Positions 50,716 through 64,000 of a stretch of DNA of 64,000 nt are shown here, piece by piece (the stretch's first letter is position 1; every line of letters begins with the position of its first letter). The notes below the pieces were generated by a model that did not search any database, was not told the DNA's origin, and was given only the letters and a program-made list of their open reading frames with translations. A program made the translations under genes and the position numbers. Source of the stretch: Octopus sinensis (Eukaryota); contig NC_043013.1 of NCBI RefSeq assembly GCF_006345805.1, positions 56,792,001 to 56,856,000 of the forward strand, read 5' to 3'.

Positions 50716-52022
50716 CAGGGTGGGACAGAGAGGATGGAGGGTTTTGAAAATTCACAAAATCATTAATTTTAGCTGCAAACAAATTTTATTGACACCAATT
50801 TGTTCATATTGAATCAAGTGTGGGAAGCAACATCCATCACGTGGTGTCCATTTTCATTTATGCATTTCTGAAGGAGTTCTTGGAAGTTGGCCTCCACTCT
50901 CTCCAGCATTGATCTCTTGATCTGGATGCCTTCTACACAAATAGCTTCCTTCAAATCATCCAATGTATGGGGCTTATATGCATACATACCCTGAGGTTTC
51001 CCCACAAGAAATAATCGCACATGGACAAGTCAAGGCACTGGTGGGGGTGGGGAAGAATGTCAGCAAATCTGAAAATGAGATGGTCACTGAAATGAGGGCA
51101 AAGAACGTCCATTGATGCTGTGTGGGCTGTCATCCCATCCTGCTGAAACCACACACAAGGGATAGGCATACGTTCTCGTCATAATTCAGTCACAAAGAAG
51201 TTGTTTATCATCTTGATGTAATGCTCGGAGTTCACAGTGACAGCATTTCCATTATTGTCTACAAAAAAGTAAGGACCAATGATGGCAGTTTTTCCAGCAG
51301 CACACCAGACCATCACTTTGGGTCTGTGCAGTGGTCTTTCATGCAGTTCTCTCAGATTTTCAAGAGCCCAATAACAACAGTTCTGTTAATTCACCATGCC
51401 ATTCAGAAGAAAATGAGCTTCATCACTCAATAACAAAATGAGGTTGTCATTTGCATCAATAATTGCTTCCATCTGATGTGCAAAGTTAAGTCGCTGTGCA
51501 TAGTCCCATGGTTTCAACTGTTGCCCAATGACCAATTTGTACAGGTGGCAATGCAGGTCTTCATGCAAAATATGCTTTACTGATCATTTACCAATGCCAA
51601 GTTCAGTGGAATGCCTCTGAGCAGAGCGATTCAGACTTCATATCAAAACTTGTATCATGCGTTCCACATTTTCCAGGGTCTGTACCATTCATGGCACTCC
51701 CACTGGTCTCCTTCAAACTCGTGTACAAAATGCATTCAACCAACGTAAGATTGTGTTATGGGTGGAAACAGCCTGATTTTGGTGAATGTTGAAGTGGCAT
51801 TGAAATTCATGCTGAACTGCTGTGACAGACATGTAATTCTTCACATCACTTTCGTGGGCAAACACACGATGCTCTATCGTCCACAGCACCATGGCTTCAC
51901 CTGAAAAGAAAGAAAAATGCTAAGACACCACAGACCAAGGGGTACCTGTTGGACCTATGTCCCTCCCCCTGGGGCTAAGTAATAGCCATTTCAAAAACGT
52001 CCATCCTCTCTGCCCCACCCAG
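50716..52022 (-). mobile_element. Full-length Tc1/mariner-superfamily transposon relic (rosa/DD41D-like by motif)
   Basis: ~33 bp imperfect TIRs (CAGGGTGGGACAGAGAGGATGG.. / ..CCATCCTCTCTGCCCCACCCAG), TA TSDs at 50714-15 and 52023-24; broken ORF 51892->50814 with SDEAHF, WFQQDG, CDYFLWG. Confidence 0.9.
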
Positions 52023-53052
52023 TACATAAATATCCCAGTTGGAAATAAAAGGAGAGAATTAGAGAGTAAGATAAGGAGAGCAAGATAAGGGAGAGAGATG
52101 ATGCATTGAAGAGAGAAATCAATAGCAAAATATGCCTCATGTAATAGAATTCCATTTCATGGCAAAATGTTTAGGAAGTCTGATGTTCCCATAATGTTGT
52201 GATGTTGTTGGTGTCGATGTTCTCTTAATCTAAACATAGAATGGCTGAGATAATTAACATCATGTCATTAAATGTATATTGGAACATAACCCCTGCGTAT
52301 GTATTCAGTGCATTTCTAATGGAAACCTGACCCCAAGACATGCAGACTTGTATAACCACACCGTATGACTCTCTCCAAGTTTCAAGTAATTTGAGAAACC
52401 TTTGAATATATTCTAATAAATAAAACAATCTAGATTGTTTCTTAATTGTTATTTGATTCCTGATGTCTAGAATTGAACATACCAGAATGAGGATTGTAGT
52501 GTGAAATACCAATCTATTTTGGAATTTTCATTAACAGCATATGAACTTCTCTTTCTTGATAAAGAGCTTAGAGCTTGAAACATTGAGAATTCAGTTTAAC
52601 TGAACGTAATTCTTGATAATGTAGATCTCCACCTATCTATTGCAATTTTGGATTGTCCGTGCCTTCATTCAAATCAATTCTTAAATGACAAAGTGTTCAG
52701 TAGTGCATTGCTAAGCCGTTGGCGTAAAGGAACATTGTATGGTTAGTTATCAAAGAGGTAGAGTCTAGGTTCAAAGATGTTCAAGCAGACATGTAAGTAG
52801 TCTTTAACAAAGATCTACAAAATCTAGAAACTCTTACTGAGATGTTGCTACGGTAACATGATCACTGGTGAGTTCTAATATGATAATGAAGTGATATGAA
52901 AATCAACTGATATGATAATTAGCTGATATCATAATGAACCAATTTGGAGCAAAGGGAAAGGAATTTGGAAAGGTTTTTCTCAATAACTTTCTTTCAAAGT
53001 ACGTTTTAATCAATTTCTCAATGACTAAAAGAAAACATCCTGTTATTTTTAA

Positions 53053-53190
53053 AATGTGACTGTGTGGTTAAAAGTCTGTGGTTCAATTCCACTGCATGGC
53101 ACCCTGATTAAATGTCTTCTGCTATAGCCCTGGGCTAACCAAAGCCTTGAGAATGGACTTGGCAGATGGAAACTGGAAGAAGCTCATCCT
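53053..53190 (+). mobile_element. Degenerate tRNA-SINE head
   Basis: GTGACTGTGTGG..GGTTCAATTCCACTGCATGGCACC..GGAAACTGGAAGAAGC. Confidence 0.65.
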
Positions 53191-53536
53191 CTCTGTGTGT
53201 CTGTCTGTCTGTTGTAATGAGAGTCACGATGCCTCCTTGCCAGAAATAGACTGGACCAAGTGATTATAAATCGTAACGGGTGGAGTGAAGTTTGCAGTGA
53301 AGTCAGTTGTCGTCCATTTCTTAGTTCGTTTGGAAAATCGATTGTTGCTTCATAAAGTGATTATTGGATCGTTACGTAGTTATTACGGATGCATCATTAG
53401 CTCGTTTATTGTTACTACACTTGTACAGTGTACCTAAACCATCTATTACAATATCGTGGTGGTGCCACCGACATTCGGAGAGGGGGAATATGACACTATC
53501 TATAGCATTTAATGCACACAGTATTCAGTTGTAAAC

Positions 53537-53617
<81 letters not shown>

Positions 53618-53621
53618 AATT

Positions 53622-53820
53622 GCAGCATGGAAGGTGTTTATAAGCCATTTAAAAACACACAAAAACTGTTAGATTCACTTCACTTAAATTAGATTTAAAT
53701 GTAGAAGTGAATCTAACGGGTTTTGTGTGTTTTTAAATGGCTTATAAACACCTTCCATGTTTTTGTTTCAGCACACGATCTCAGAGCAAGTCACTTGCTA
53801 TGCAAGTACATCTCCGTAAT
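53622..53820. mobile_element. Second fold-back copy with the hairpin tip deleted
   Basis: Arms 53626-53681 / 53704-53759; shares the extension CAGCACACGATCTCAGA..GTCACTTGCTATGCAAGTACATCTC with 1627-1676. Confidence 0.85.
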
Positions 53821-53944
53821 ACATACATGCATGCATACATGCATACATACATACATACATACATACATACATACATACATACATACATACATACATACAT
53901 ACATACATACATACGTGCATGCATGCATACAAACAAACAAACAA

Positions 53945-54140
53945 TAATGGAATCTGCAACCAAAGACAATATACAACTGTTCAGTCTTGCAGAACAACCT
54001 GTGCAAATGGTTTCTTCATATAGTGATCAAATTGTATCTGCTGTACGTCAGCTCTTTCTCTCCATCAAATCAATGTTGCTCAAACAGGTGCAAAGTGTGC
54101 CACGTGTCGCTGAAATGATTGCAGAGCAATGTGAGGTCTA
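53945..54140 (-). pseudogene. Possible mariner transposase C-terminal relic
   Basis: LDLTL.CNHF..FDGEKEL..LHRL..IVFGC pattern; weak. Confidence 0.3.
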
Positions 54141-54207
54141 GGAATTGAAACCATGATCTCACATTTGTGATTGCAACACCCTAACCATTTGACCATGCAC
54201 TTTCACA

Positions 54208-54256
<49 letters not shown>

Positions 54257-55279
54257 CCTTAAATCCTTAAAAATATATAAAATATAGATAATATATAAAT
54301 ATATATATAGATAATATATAAATATATGTATATATATATATATTATATATATCATTTAATATACATGTATTTATTTCTCACTGGATGGAGTACTTTTATT
54401 TTTGATCCTTCCTGTAATGAACTGTAAACTATATGCGTATATATAAACACACACACACACACACTGATACATATTGTCCATTTGGCAAAAAAACAACTTG
54501 AGGGGAATCTTTCACTTTGCGCCAATGACACAAATTTTCTACTGTTATGACAACATACACTTCCAGCTATTTCATGTCTGTTATGGGAACTATGGAAGAA
54601 CATACTGACAATAAAATCTCCCTAAAGATCTCATTACGTTACTCTAGCTTCAAAAGTTGCTCCGACCTATTTATTCCATTAATCCAGACATCTTCATCTT
54701 TCTTCTCACAGAAAAAGAAAAAGGCAAAACAGCTACCAAAAGCCTTAAAAATTTGTGTATTTCTAATTTATTCTTCTTCGACAGCTCCAGTGTGTTGTCG
54801 GCAGAGGAAGTGAGAAGGGTTGAGTAACATCAATGGCTCGATTGGCAATAACAAGCAGGAACTACCGAATCAAACATGGTGAGATGTTGCCAAAGTAATC
54901 GTAGTCAATTCCTTAATATTTAAACATCAAAAACTGTGATGAAAATTGGAAATTCACTTGTAGCTTGAAGACGAAACTGATGGATTTAATAGCTGTCTCT
55001 CATTACCCCGCAAACTTCAAAGTGATCATTTAAAGTCGAACTGAGTGGAGAGTGGAACACTGACATAATTGAGGTCTCATACGCAATCACTTACACATGC
55101 GCAAACACACTGATGCACACATGTGCATAAGTATTTGTGCATACAGATGCACACACTCACATGTGTAAATATATATATATATAGATATATGCACATACAC
55201 ACATACAACTATATATGCACTCACATTATACATATTAGAAGAAGGAAAATAGAGTGTCGACAGTTTTTCTTCATCTGCT

Positions 55280-55755
55280 TAGTGGATGTGGTGGTGGTGG
55301 TGGTGATGTTGTTGTTGTTGTTGTTGGTGGTGGTGGTGATGGCAGTGGTGGTTGAGGTGGTGATGGTGGTGGTGGTTGAGGTGGTGGTGGTGATGGTGGT
55401 GATGGTGGTTGTGGTTGAGGTGGTGGTGGTGGTAGTGATGGTGGTGGTAGTTATGTTGGCAGTGGTGGTGGTGGTGGTGGTGGCAGTGGTTGAGGTGGTG
55501 ATGGTGGTGGTGGTTTGAAGTGGTGGTGGTGATGGTGGTGGTGGTCGAGGTGGTGGTGGTGGGGGGGTTGGGGTGGTGGTGGTGGTGGTGATGGCAGTGG
55601 TGGTTGAGGTGGCGATGGTGGTGGTGGTTGTGGTTGTGGTGGTGGTGGTTGAGGTGGTGGTGGTGGGTGTTGAGGTGGTGGTGGTGGTAGTGATGGTGGT
55701 GGTGGTGATGTTGGCAGTGGTAGTGGTGGTGGTGGTGGTGGTTGAGGTGGTCATT
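55280..55755. repeat. Degenerate (GGT)n tract
   Basis: Directly visible; poly-V/T ORFs are artefacts. Confidence 0.9.
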
Positions 55756-56919
55756 ATTTTATTGTAAAGCATATTTATCTGTTTATCTTCCAGTTTCATT
55801 TTTCGTTCACCTCCTTCCCCCTCCCCCTTCTTCTCCTCCCATTCCTCTTCCTCTCTACTTTCTGCTACTTTCTAATAGTGAAAGACTCTTATAACATAAG
55901 TCTCTGAATTAATTAATTCTACCCACAAACCTAAAATTCCTTAGTTTTGCCATCTTTCGGACTGACTTCACCAATAAACTCATTCACAGAACAGGTAGCA
56001 GAAACGAAAATTACAAAACAACTATGAAAATAAACAAATACCTTATTTGGTATGAAATGGAGCCTCTACATTGTCACTGGATCTGCTAGAAATAGCTACT
56101 AAATATACCTCTTTCCACAAGTCGTGCCATGGTGTCTTGAAGATGGCAAGGATACATTAGGTGTTATAGCCAGTCTTTGAGAAATCCACAAGAAGACAGA
56201 ATGGTAACAGCTGACTTGGAATTTGGACAGCAAATGCAACACCATCAATAATAATCAATGACAGATCAATAGATCAATAAATGTAGAAATTACTGTCATT
56301 CTATATTTTCCTTCACTTGGAACAGAATCACCAAAGGTATGAGTCAATGGGAGAACTACGACATAGTTGAGTGACATGCTAGAAATAGCAGCCGAATATA
56401 TCTTCCTCAAATCACTCTATATATCATTAGATAATATAGTAGGAGAGATGCCCTGAAAGGATAGGATGGTCACAGATGGACCCTCTTTGATCATAGAAAC
56501 ACATGATCTCACTAATGACTTCATGGTAAAGGGAGCTAAAATGCTGCTGCTGCTGCTGCTACTACTACTACTACTACTACTACTGACACTGATAAATGAA
56601 AGAGTTACTGTAATTAAGTTGGGTTTAAGCCTTTCCTTACTTTGCAACTAAAACATCAAAGATTTATAACAATAATTACATCACACACCTCTACTTCACT
56701 TTACCAGTTCACACACACACACACTTTAGAAATATATAAAGATATTGATACATTTATATACACACGTAGAAATATACAATGAAATGAACATACACATACA
56801 CACACACAATATAATTTTAAAAAATTTGGTCTCATAACAAACATTTCATGTTACTGAATAGTTTCATGGTGTAGAACTTGCTATATATATTATATATATA
56901 TATATATACACATACACAC

Positions 56920-57001
<82 letters not shown>

Positions 57002-57709
57002 GTATATATGTATATATATGTCTGTCTCTTTCTTCGATTTACCACTGCTGTTTCATTAATTTATGTTACACAAAATCCCAAAGAATATTCTCCTTCTACC
57101 TCGTGGTGTATTTACTGCCTGACCCACACCCTTCTCTCTCTCCGATTTACTACTTGATACACCAACATTTCCCCCCTTAACATTAACCCTATATAAACTA
57201 GTGCAAGCCCTGTTTTTCCCCTGCTCGATTTTCAATCCCTCTGCTGATAGAACACGGATTTCAGAAGATGCTAAGATAAGGAAAAATTTGTCTTTTGAAC
57301 CTCGTTCATGTACTCCATGTTTAATGCGTAGATCGTAATCCTACCCCCCCCCCCCCCGTTTGTTCTCTATTACCTATCTATTTTATTTATTTATTCTATT
57401 CAAGGTTATCATTTCATTCATTCATTCTCTGTAAATTTCTCTAACCATAGTATACAAGTGCAGAAGACGATGCTCTAGTCTAAATTTGCTAATTCGCGGT
57501 ACGCCCGCCCTCCCACCCCCTCCGCCTTAACCGAAATTCCCTAACCTATGTCTTCTTTGTTTGCCTCCCGCGAACACTTCTAAGGGCCAAATGCCACCCC
57601 CACCCCTACATAAGGTTTATTTGATCATATAGCGCATGAAAATGGTGTAGTGTATGTAGGTTGTAGTCTAGTGTTTCTTATGAATTCTGCTAAATGCGAG
57701 CTTTCTTTT

Positions 57710-60700
57710 CAGGTACATGACACTGCAGTCCCTCATCCCAGGGTCTCACAGGCCCACACCCCCCACGCCCTCAGAGTTGGTACACTCAACGTTGGCACAC
57801 TGAAAGGTAGGTCTGGTGAGATTGTTGAGATGCTTGAGTGGAGACGTGGAGATTTGTGCTGCATCCAAGAAGTAAGGTGGAAAGGAGGTTCCGCTAGGTT
57901 CCTCACAGGCGTATAACACAGGTACAAGATTTTCTGGGCAGGGAACACTGACGGGGTCGGGGTCGTGGGTATACTTCTTGTGGAGAAATGGGTTGATAAG
58001 GTAATCGAGGTAGTCAGAGTATGTGACAGAGTACTTAAGATTAGATTAGTGTTTCACCATAGGTCAGCTACCATTATCTCGGCCTATACCCCTCAGCCGG
58101 GGCTACTGGAGGGGCAGAAAGACTGATTCTATGACACCCTATTGCAGACTACCTCTTCGACGAACGACAGAGACCTTCTTTTTGTGGCTGGTGATTTCAA
58201 TGGACATGTCGGACAACATGCATGGGGCTTCCATGGCATACATGGAGGCTATGGTTTTGGTTCCCGCAATGAGGAGGGAACCAGACTGCTGGAGTTCTGC
58301 GATGCAAATGATCTTATGGTTTGCAATACCAACTTCAGGAAACCCACCTGTCACCTAGTCACCTACCATTCTGGCAGAGACACACTAGCCAAATGGACTA
58401 CATCCTTGCCAGAAAAAGGGAAAGAGGGCTGCTTATAAATGCCAAAACCTTCCCAGGGGATGAATGTACCCCACAACATAGATTATTAGTTAGCGACTTC
58501 AGGATCAGGGCTGAGTGGATGCCCAGAAGACCAGCCTGGAGGAGAAGGGTCCAGAAACTTAAAGATCCTGCAAATGGGCAGAGATTTAGAAACGTATTAC
58601 TCGAAGCCTTTGATGAAATAGAAGGGGATATAGCATCACATAATGTGGAAGACAACTGGAGGTTTCTACGGGACAACCTGCTGAGAGCCACTGACCAGAT
58701 CTGTGGCTGGTGCAAAGTCTCTTCTTGAACCAAGGTAACATGGTGGTGGAACAATGTGGTTGACAAGGCTATTAGACGAAAGAAACAGATTGGAAGGACT
58801 GGAAGAACGGAGGTAGCAGGGAACTGTATCAGACTACCTGAAGGGAAGCTAGAAGACAGGTTTATTTAACCAGAGGGGAAGCAGATAAAGAAAACTTTGC
58901 CAATGTTCTGCACCGTGAGGACCAAAGACTTGAGGTATTTTGTGTTGCAAGACAGTGTGTGAGAGAGAATCATGATGTGGTAGGAGAGAAATGTGTTCGC
59001 ATGGATAATGGTTCACTTGCGCTAAATGAGGCTGCAAAGAGAGAGGTTAGGAGATGCCACAATGAAAGGTTGCTGAATAAAGAAAATGAATGGGAGAAAG
59101 AGAGTCTGCTGATTGTCAACCCAACAGAGGGACCAGCTATCCGAGTTGACAGTACCTTGGTAGTTGAAGCAATTAGAAGCATGAAGACAGGGAAAGCCCA
59201 GGCCCATCAGGTATTACTGCAGAGATGCTCAAAATATCTGGCAGTGTCGGCTATAGCCTAGTCACCCGTACAGTTAACCAGGTGATACACGAAGGAGTCA
59301 TACCCAATGACTGGTGCAGCAGCATAATAGTCAACTGCTACAAAAGTAAAGGTGACGCCTTAGATACAAATAATTACAGGGGTATCAAGCTGCTAGATCA
59401 AGTAATGAAGGTCACGGAAAGGGTCATAGCCCAACTAATTAGAGAGAGAGAGTTAGTTTAGATGAAATGCAGTTTAGGTTCGTTCCAGGAAAAATCACCA
59501 CTGATGCTATATTCCTGGTAAGACAGCGGCAGGAGAAATACCTAGCCAAAGGTAAACTTCTATACCTAGCTTTCGTTGACATGGAGAAAGTCTTCGACAG
59601 GGTCCCCCGATCCCTTATCTGGTGGTCAATGAGGAAACTAAGGATAGATGAATGGTTAGTGAGAGCTGTGCGTGCTATGTACAGGGATGCTGTTAGTAAG
59701 GTGAGGGTTGGCAATGAGTACAGTGAAGAATTCCGGGTAGAGGTAGGAGTCCACCAAGGTTCAGTCCTCAGCCCCCTCCTATTTATCATAGTTCTCCAGG
59801 CAATAACAGAGGAATTCAAGACTGGACGCCCCTGGAAGCTCCTCTATGCTGACGACCTTGCTCTAATTGCTGAGTCACTATCAGAACTGGAGGAGAAGTT
59901 TCAGGTGTGGAAGCAAGGATTAGAGTTGAAGCCCTTAGAGTCAACCTAGCTAAGACAAAAGTCCTAATATGTAGGAAGGTAGACAAACCTCAAACGCCTT
60001 CAGGTAGATGGCCCTGCTTCATCTGTAGAAATGACGTAGGTAGAAACTCTATAAGATGTACCCAGTGTAAGCTATGGACACATAAGATGTGCAGTAATAT
60101 CAAAGGAAGGCTAACTGGGATGATAGTTTTTATATGTGGCAGATGCTCAGGAGCAATAAACACTGAAAATCTGCAGAAAACAACTTCCGTCACTTTCCAG
60201 GGGAAAAACCTAGAAGTAGTTGATAGCTTCCGTTACCTAGGTGACCAAGTCAGTAGCAGGGGTGGGTGTGCTGAAAGTGTAACTGCTAGAGTAAGAATAG
60301 CCTGGGCAAAGTTCAGAGAGCTCTTCTGCTGATGACAAAAGGCCTCTCGCTCAGAGTAAAAGGCAGACTGTATGACGCATGTGTACGAACAGCCATGCTA
60401 CATGGCAGTGAAACATGGGCTGTGACTGCTGAGGACATGCGTAAGCTCATGAGGAATGAAGCCAGTATGCTCCGATGGATGTGTAATGTCAGTGTGCATA
60501 CTTGAGAGAGTGTTAGTACCTCGAGAGAAATGTTGGATCTAAGAAGCATCAGCTGTGGTGTGCAAGAGAGACTTTTGCGCTGGTATGGTCATGTGGCAAG
60601 AATGGATGAAGATAGGTGTGTGAAAAAGGACCAATCCCTAGCAGTTGAGGGAATCCATGGAAGAGGTAGACCCAGGAAAACCTGGGATGAGGTGGTGAAG

Positions 60701-61523
60701 CCTGACCTTCGAACTTTAGGCCTCACCAAGACAATGACTAGTGACCGAGACCTTTGGAAATATGCTGTGCGTGAGAAGACCCGGCATGACAAGTGAGTCC
60801 AGCCTACTTATGCATGTCTTTCCTCCCTTGGACACACAAAGACCTGTTGAGGCAAGCGAAGTCGAAATTGAATTCGAAATCGGACCTCATCCGACGACTG
60901 GCACCCATGCCAACCTCCATTCATTGGACACTAAACTCTGCTTGTGAAGACCTGTTGGGGCAAGTGAAATCAAAATCGGAATTGAAATTGAACCAATCCT
61001 ACAACTGGCACCCGGCTGTTACCAGTGCCACTGGACTGACTCCTGTGCAGGTGGCAAGTGAAGAAACACTATTTTGACCCTGTGCTTGAGGAGACCTATT
61101 GAGTCAAGTACATCAACATCAAAAATCAATGGAAATTGTAGTTGTGATCCCTGCGCTGGTGGCACGTAAAAAGCACCATCCGAACGTGGCCAATGCCAGC
61201 GCCACCTCAACTGGCTTCCATGACGGTGGCATGTAAAAAGCACCATCCGAATGTGGCCATTGCCAGCGCCGCCTTGGCTGGCTTCCATGCCGGTGGTACG
61301 TAAAAAGTACCAATCCGATCATGGCCATTGCCAGCCTCCCCTGACACCTGTGCCAGTGGCACGTAAAAAGCACCCACTACACTTGTGGAGTGGTTGGCGT
61401 TAGGAAGGGCATCCAGCTGTAGAAACACTGCCAGATCAGACCAGAGCCTGGTGCAGCCTCCTGGCTTCCCAGATCCCAGTCGAACCGTCCAACCCATGCT
61501 AGCATGGAAAATGGACGTTAAAC

Positions 61524-61556
<33 letters not shown>
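57710..61556 (+). mobile_element. Near full-length decayed RTE-clade LINE (APE, RT, PHD-like finger, ~730 bp 3'UTR, (GAT)n tail)
   Basis: GTLNVGTL..CIQEVRW, AGDFNG, NYRGIKLL, GVHQGSVLSP, YADD, RWYGHV..GRPRKTW; many stops and frameshifts; ORF ends at 60796. Confidence 0.92.
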
Positions 61557-61577
61557 ATATATGTATATATATATATA

Positions 61578-61612
<35 letters not shown>

Positions 61613-63364
61613 GATAGATAGATAGATAGATAGATGTATATTTGCATATGTATACATATACACACATACTCTGCCACATATATACGCACACTCATTTGCA
61701 TACACTCACAGATAATGCCACATGCAGCACTGCCATTTTTCAAATTCTTTCAGAAGTCTCTCACTCTAAAATGGCAAATATAATCAAATTAACTTTCAGT
61801 TAATAATATAAAACTTCATTTGCTTAGAAAGTTCTGGCAAATTCTTTTATTTCATTTTTTTTTTTTCCTTTTAAGTGAAACTTTGCAATCTTATTGTGGG
61901 AAAATTCCTAAGATTTTGGTCTTTGAATAAAAAAACAAAAATTCTCCAGTTCTGGCAACAGCAGTGTTTTGTTACTAATGAAGGAAATTTATTTCTTTTA
62001 GATTCTCCACAGAAATAAACCAATTACAGAATATAAAGAACTTGTAATTTGTCAATTTGAGTGACATAATCAAGCCTTTAATCATTATATAATATTGCAG
62101 TTAATTTTAATATGATGTTGTTTTTGGGTGAACCAACTGAGAAATAAAAATATTATGATTAATCAGAGAAAACAAATCTAATTTATATTTTACTCCAGTC
62201 GAGTGAAAAAAACAGATATTTATTGATCTCACCGAAACAAAAAATATTAAAGAAGCAGTTTTAATTTAAAGTGTTACACAAATTAAGCAGTTTTAAGCTT
62301 CTTTTATTTCTCTTCTTATTCGAGTCAGCATCTTTTTGTTTTTGTTTTAAAGCTATTCGTTGCATTCTCTAATTAGTTTCTGAAGCTCACCTTGTAAAGA
62401 ACTGAAGCTAAGCTCTCTGTCATCCAGAATGTTTAATACTTAATTTAGTAAATAAATTCTGCAATTGAAAATAAGAAGTAAATTATTCACAAAGTAATTT
62501 AACAGAAAATTAAATTTTTATATCCAGACAATTCTGTTTCTGACTTCAGAACTTTATTCACTGAGTAAAAGCTTCATAGCAGAAATTTGAGCAAGAAACT
62601 TGTTTAACACCTAAACACGTATAAACACATGAACTTTCCCAGTTATTTTGTTTTAAATATTTCCCCTTAAAGAGAAATTTTCCATTCAACTTGAACCCAG
62701 GAATAGGATCTTTAGTTCCAAATATTTTTTGTCTTGGTTTTTGATACATTTCTGTGAAATAACTTTCGAGAACAGAAGAGAATTTATGCCCATTTCATAT
62801 GTTGTAGTTCTTGGTTCATTCCTGTGGCCCAAGGATTATGTAATATGGAAACAGGATGCTATTTTTATATGGGTTGATGGTGGAAGAAGAAGTGGGAATC
62901 TTCCAAGACATTTTTCAAGGTCTCTACCACTAATAGTAAGAAGGAAAGGAACGAGTTATTCACAGACTGAACCCCTGGCATAAATACTTGACCACTCAAG
63001 CATTTATGGACTCTCCTAATATATTTGGGGTTCAGGAAGTAGGGGTGGTTAATCATTCTGTGGTACATTTTACCATTCATCCTTTCATCAAAAACTCATT
63101 GAAATCAACAGAGATAAAACAGACTTCAACCATTGAAACAACATCATCAGTTCAGGTGTGGTTTGGTTGCATTTCATGCCACTCTCACCACGGGACACCA
63201 AAAGCAAGAAAGAATTTTAAAACAATCCAACATGGTGGTCTAGGGAAACAGGAACAATATGAGATGGAGATGCCCTGTGGTATTTGTTTTTATGCTTTAT
63301 ATTCTCAGTTCAAATCCCTCAGTCACCAGTATGCTTAATCCATCGCTTTGCTTCACACCAACAT

Positions 63365-63390
63365 CTAACCCTAACTCTAACCCTAACCCT
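63365..63390. repeat. Short interstitial telomeric-type (CCCTAA)n run
   Basis: CTAACCCTAACTCTAACCCTAACCCT. Confidence 0.7.
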
Positions 63391-64000
63391 CTCGCTCCGG
63401 TGGCACACCTTCCACTGGAGGAGCATCGGAGTCAGTCGGCGGCACAGCGATATCCACCGGCCATCTCCCGTTTCTCTTCCTGCACTCTTTCCTTATTACG
63501 GGTGCAGGAGTCGGAGCCTCCACCGGCACACCTGGGGGCGGGTCCTCCTCCTCCCCTGCAACCTGTGCGTCTGTTGGTGAGCAACAATTGTTGCTCACCT
63601 TTCTTTTCCTTCTCGTTGAGGCCGATGCCTCAATGACTTCTGCCGTTTCTCCTTGCAATGGGAGAGCGGAGGACACCTTCACCTTTCCCTGCTCCAGGAC
63701 CTTACCACGGCCCCGGGAGCAGTCCTTCTTAATGTGACCTGACTCCAGGCACGAGTGACACGGGGGGGGGGGCGACCCTCAAGTATCACTGGATACCTTG
63801 AGCCATTCATTCTTAAAAAGTCCGGGAAAGTCATTTCACCCGCGGGAACAGGGTCCATAGGGTCAAAGTTACCTTTGCACCCTCCCAGTCGACCGCAGGC
63901 TTTATCTCTATATTTAAAAGCCTGGGCCCGCTATCCCCCAGGCCCCGCCGGATGGCATCTGCAATCCACCCCGCTTCGGTGCCCGGAGGAGACTACATAC
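63391..64000 (-). pseudogene. L1/Tx1-like ORF1 (gag-like) fragment with a CCHC knuckle
   Basis: GC-rich; FLRMNGSRYPVILEGRP followed by CHSCLESGHIKKDC (63719-63760) after a frameshift in an 11-G run; continues past the window edge. Confidence 0.7.

Noticed and set aside
54700-54815. Acceptor/donor-bounded exon candidate
   Set aside because: No recognisable protein; such signals are common by chance
57690-57715. Polypyrimidine-CAG just before the RTE ORF as a functional acceptor
   Set aside because: No clear donor, and the frame is open across it; cannot be distinguished from chance

Overview
Eukaryotic, AT-rich, microsatellite-saturated DNA with no confidently identifiable host gene. The SINE and repeat content looks like Octopus/cephalopod; this is an inference. 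Nearly all long ORFs are transposon-derived or are translated simple repeats. Main contents: (1) a ~21 kb co-oriented (minus-strand) stack of R4/Dong-type RLE retrotransposons from three families, all embedded in (TAA)n, plus a candidate partner SINE; (2) a Penelope-like element (RT + GIY-YIG) with an inverted pLTR; (3) a near-intact CR1-like LINE whose ORF1/ORF2 junction carries a G_GGA_AAC -1 slippery site; (4) a decayed RTE LINE with a PHD finger, plus several RTE 3' fragments; (5) Tc1/mariner relics, a non-autonomous Helitron, tRNA-derived SINEs, and an L1/Tx1-like ORF1 ending in telomeric repeats. The most striking signal not visible in the ORF track is a set of five unrelated minimal type I hammerhead-ribozyme motifs. 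Their cores include all of C3:G8, U3:A8 and G3:C8 at the tertiary pair, and one lies inside a recurrent ~117-bp-arm fold-back element. All pairings and alignments were made by eye; no searches or folding programs were run.
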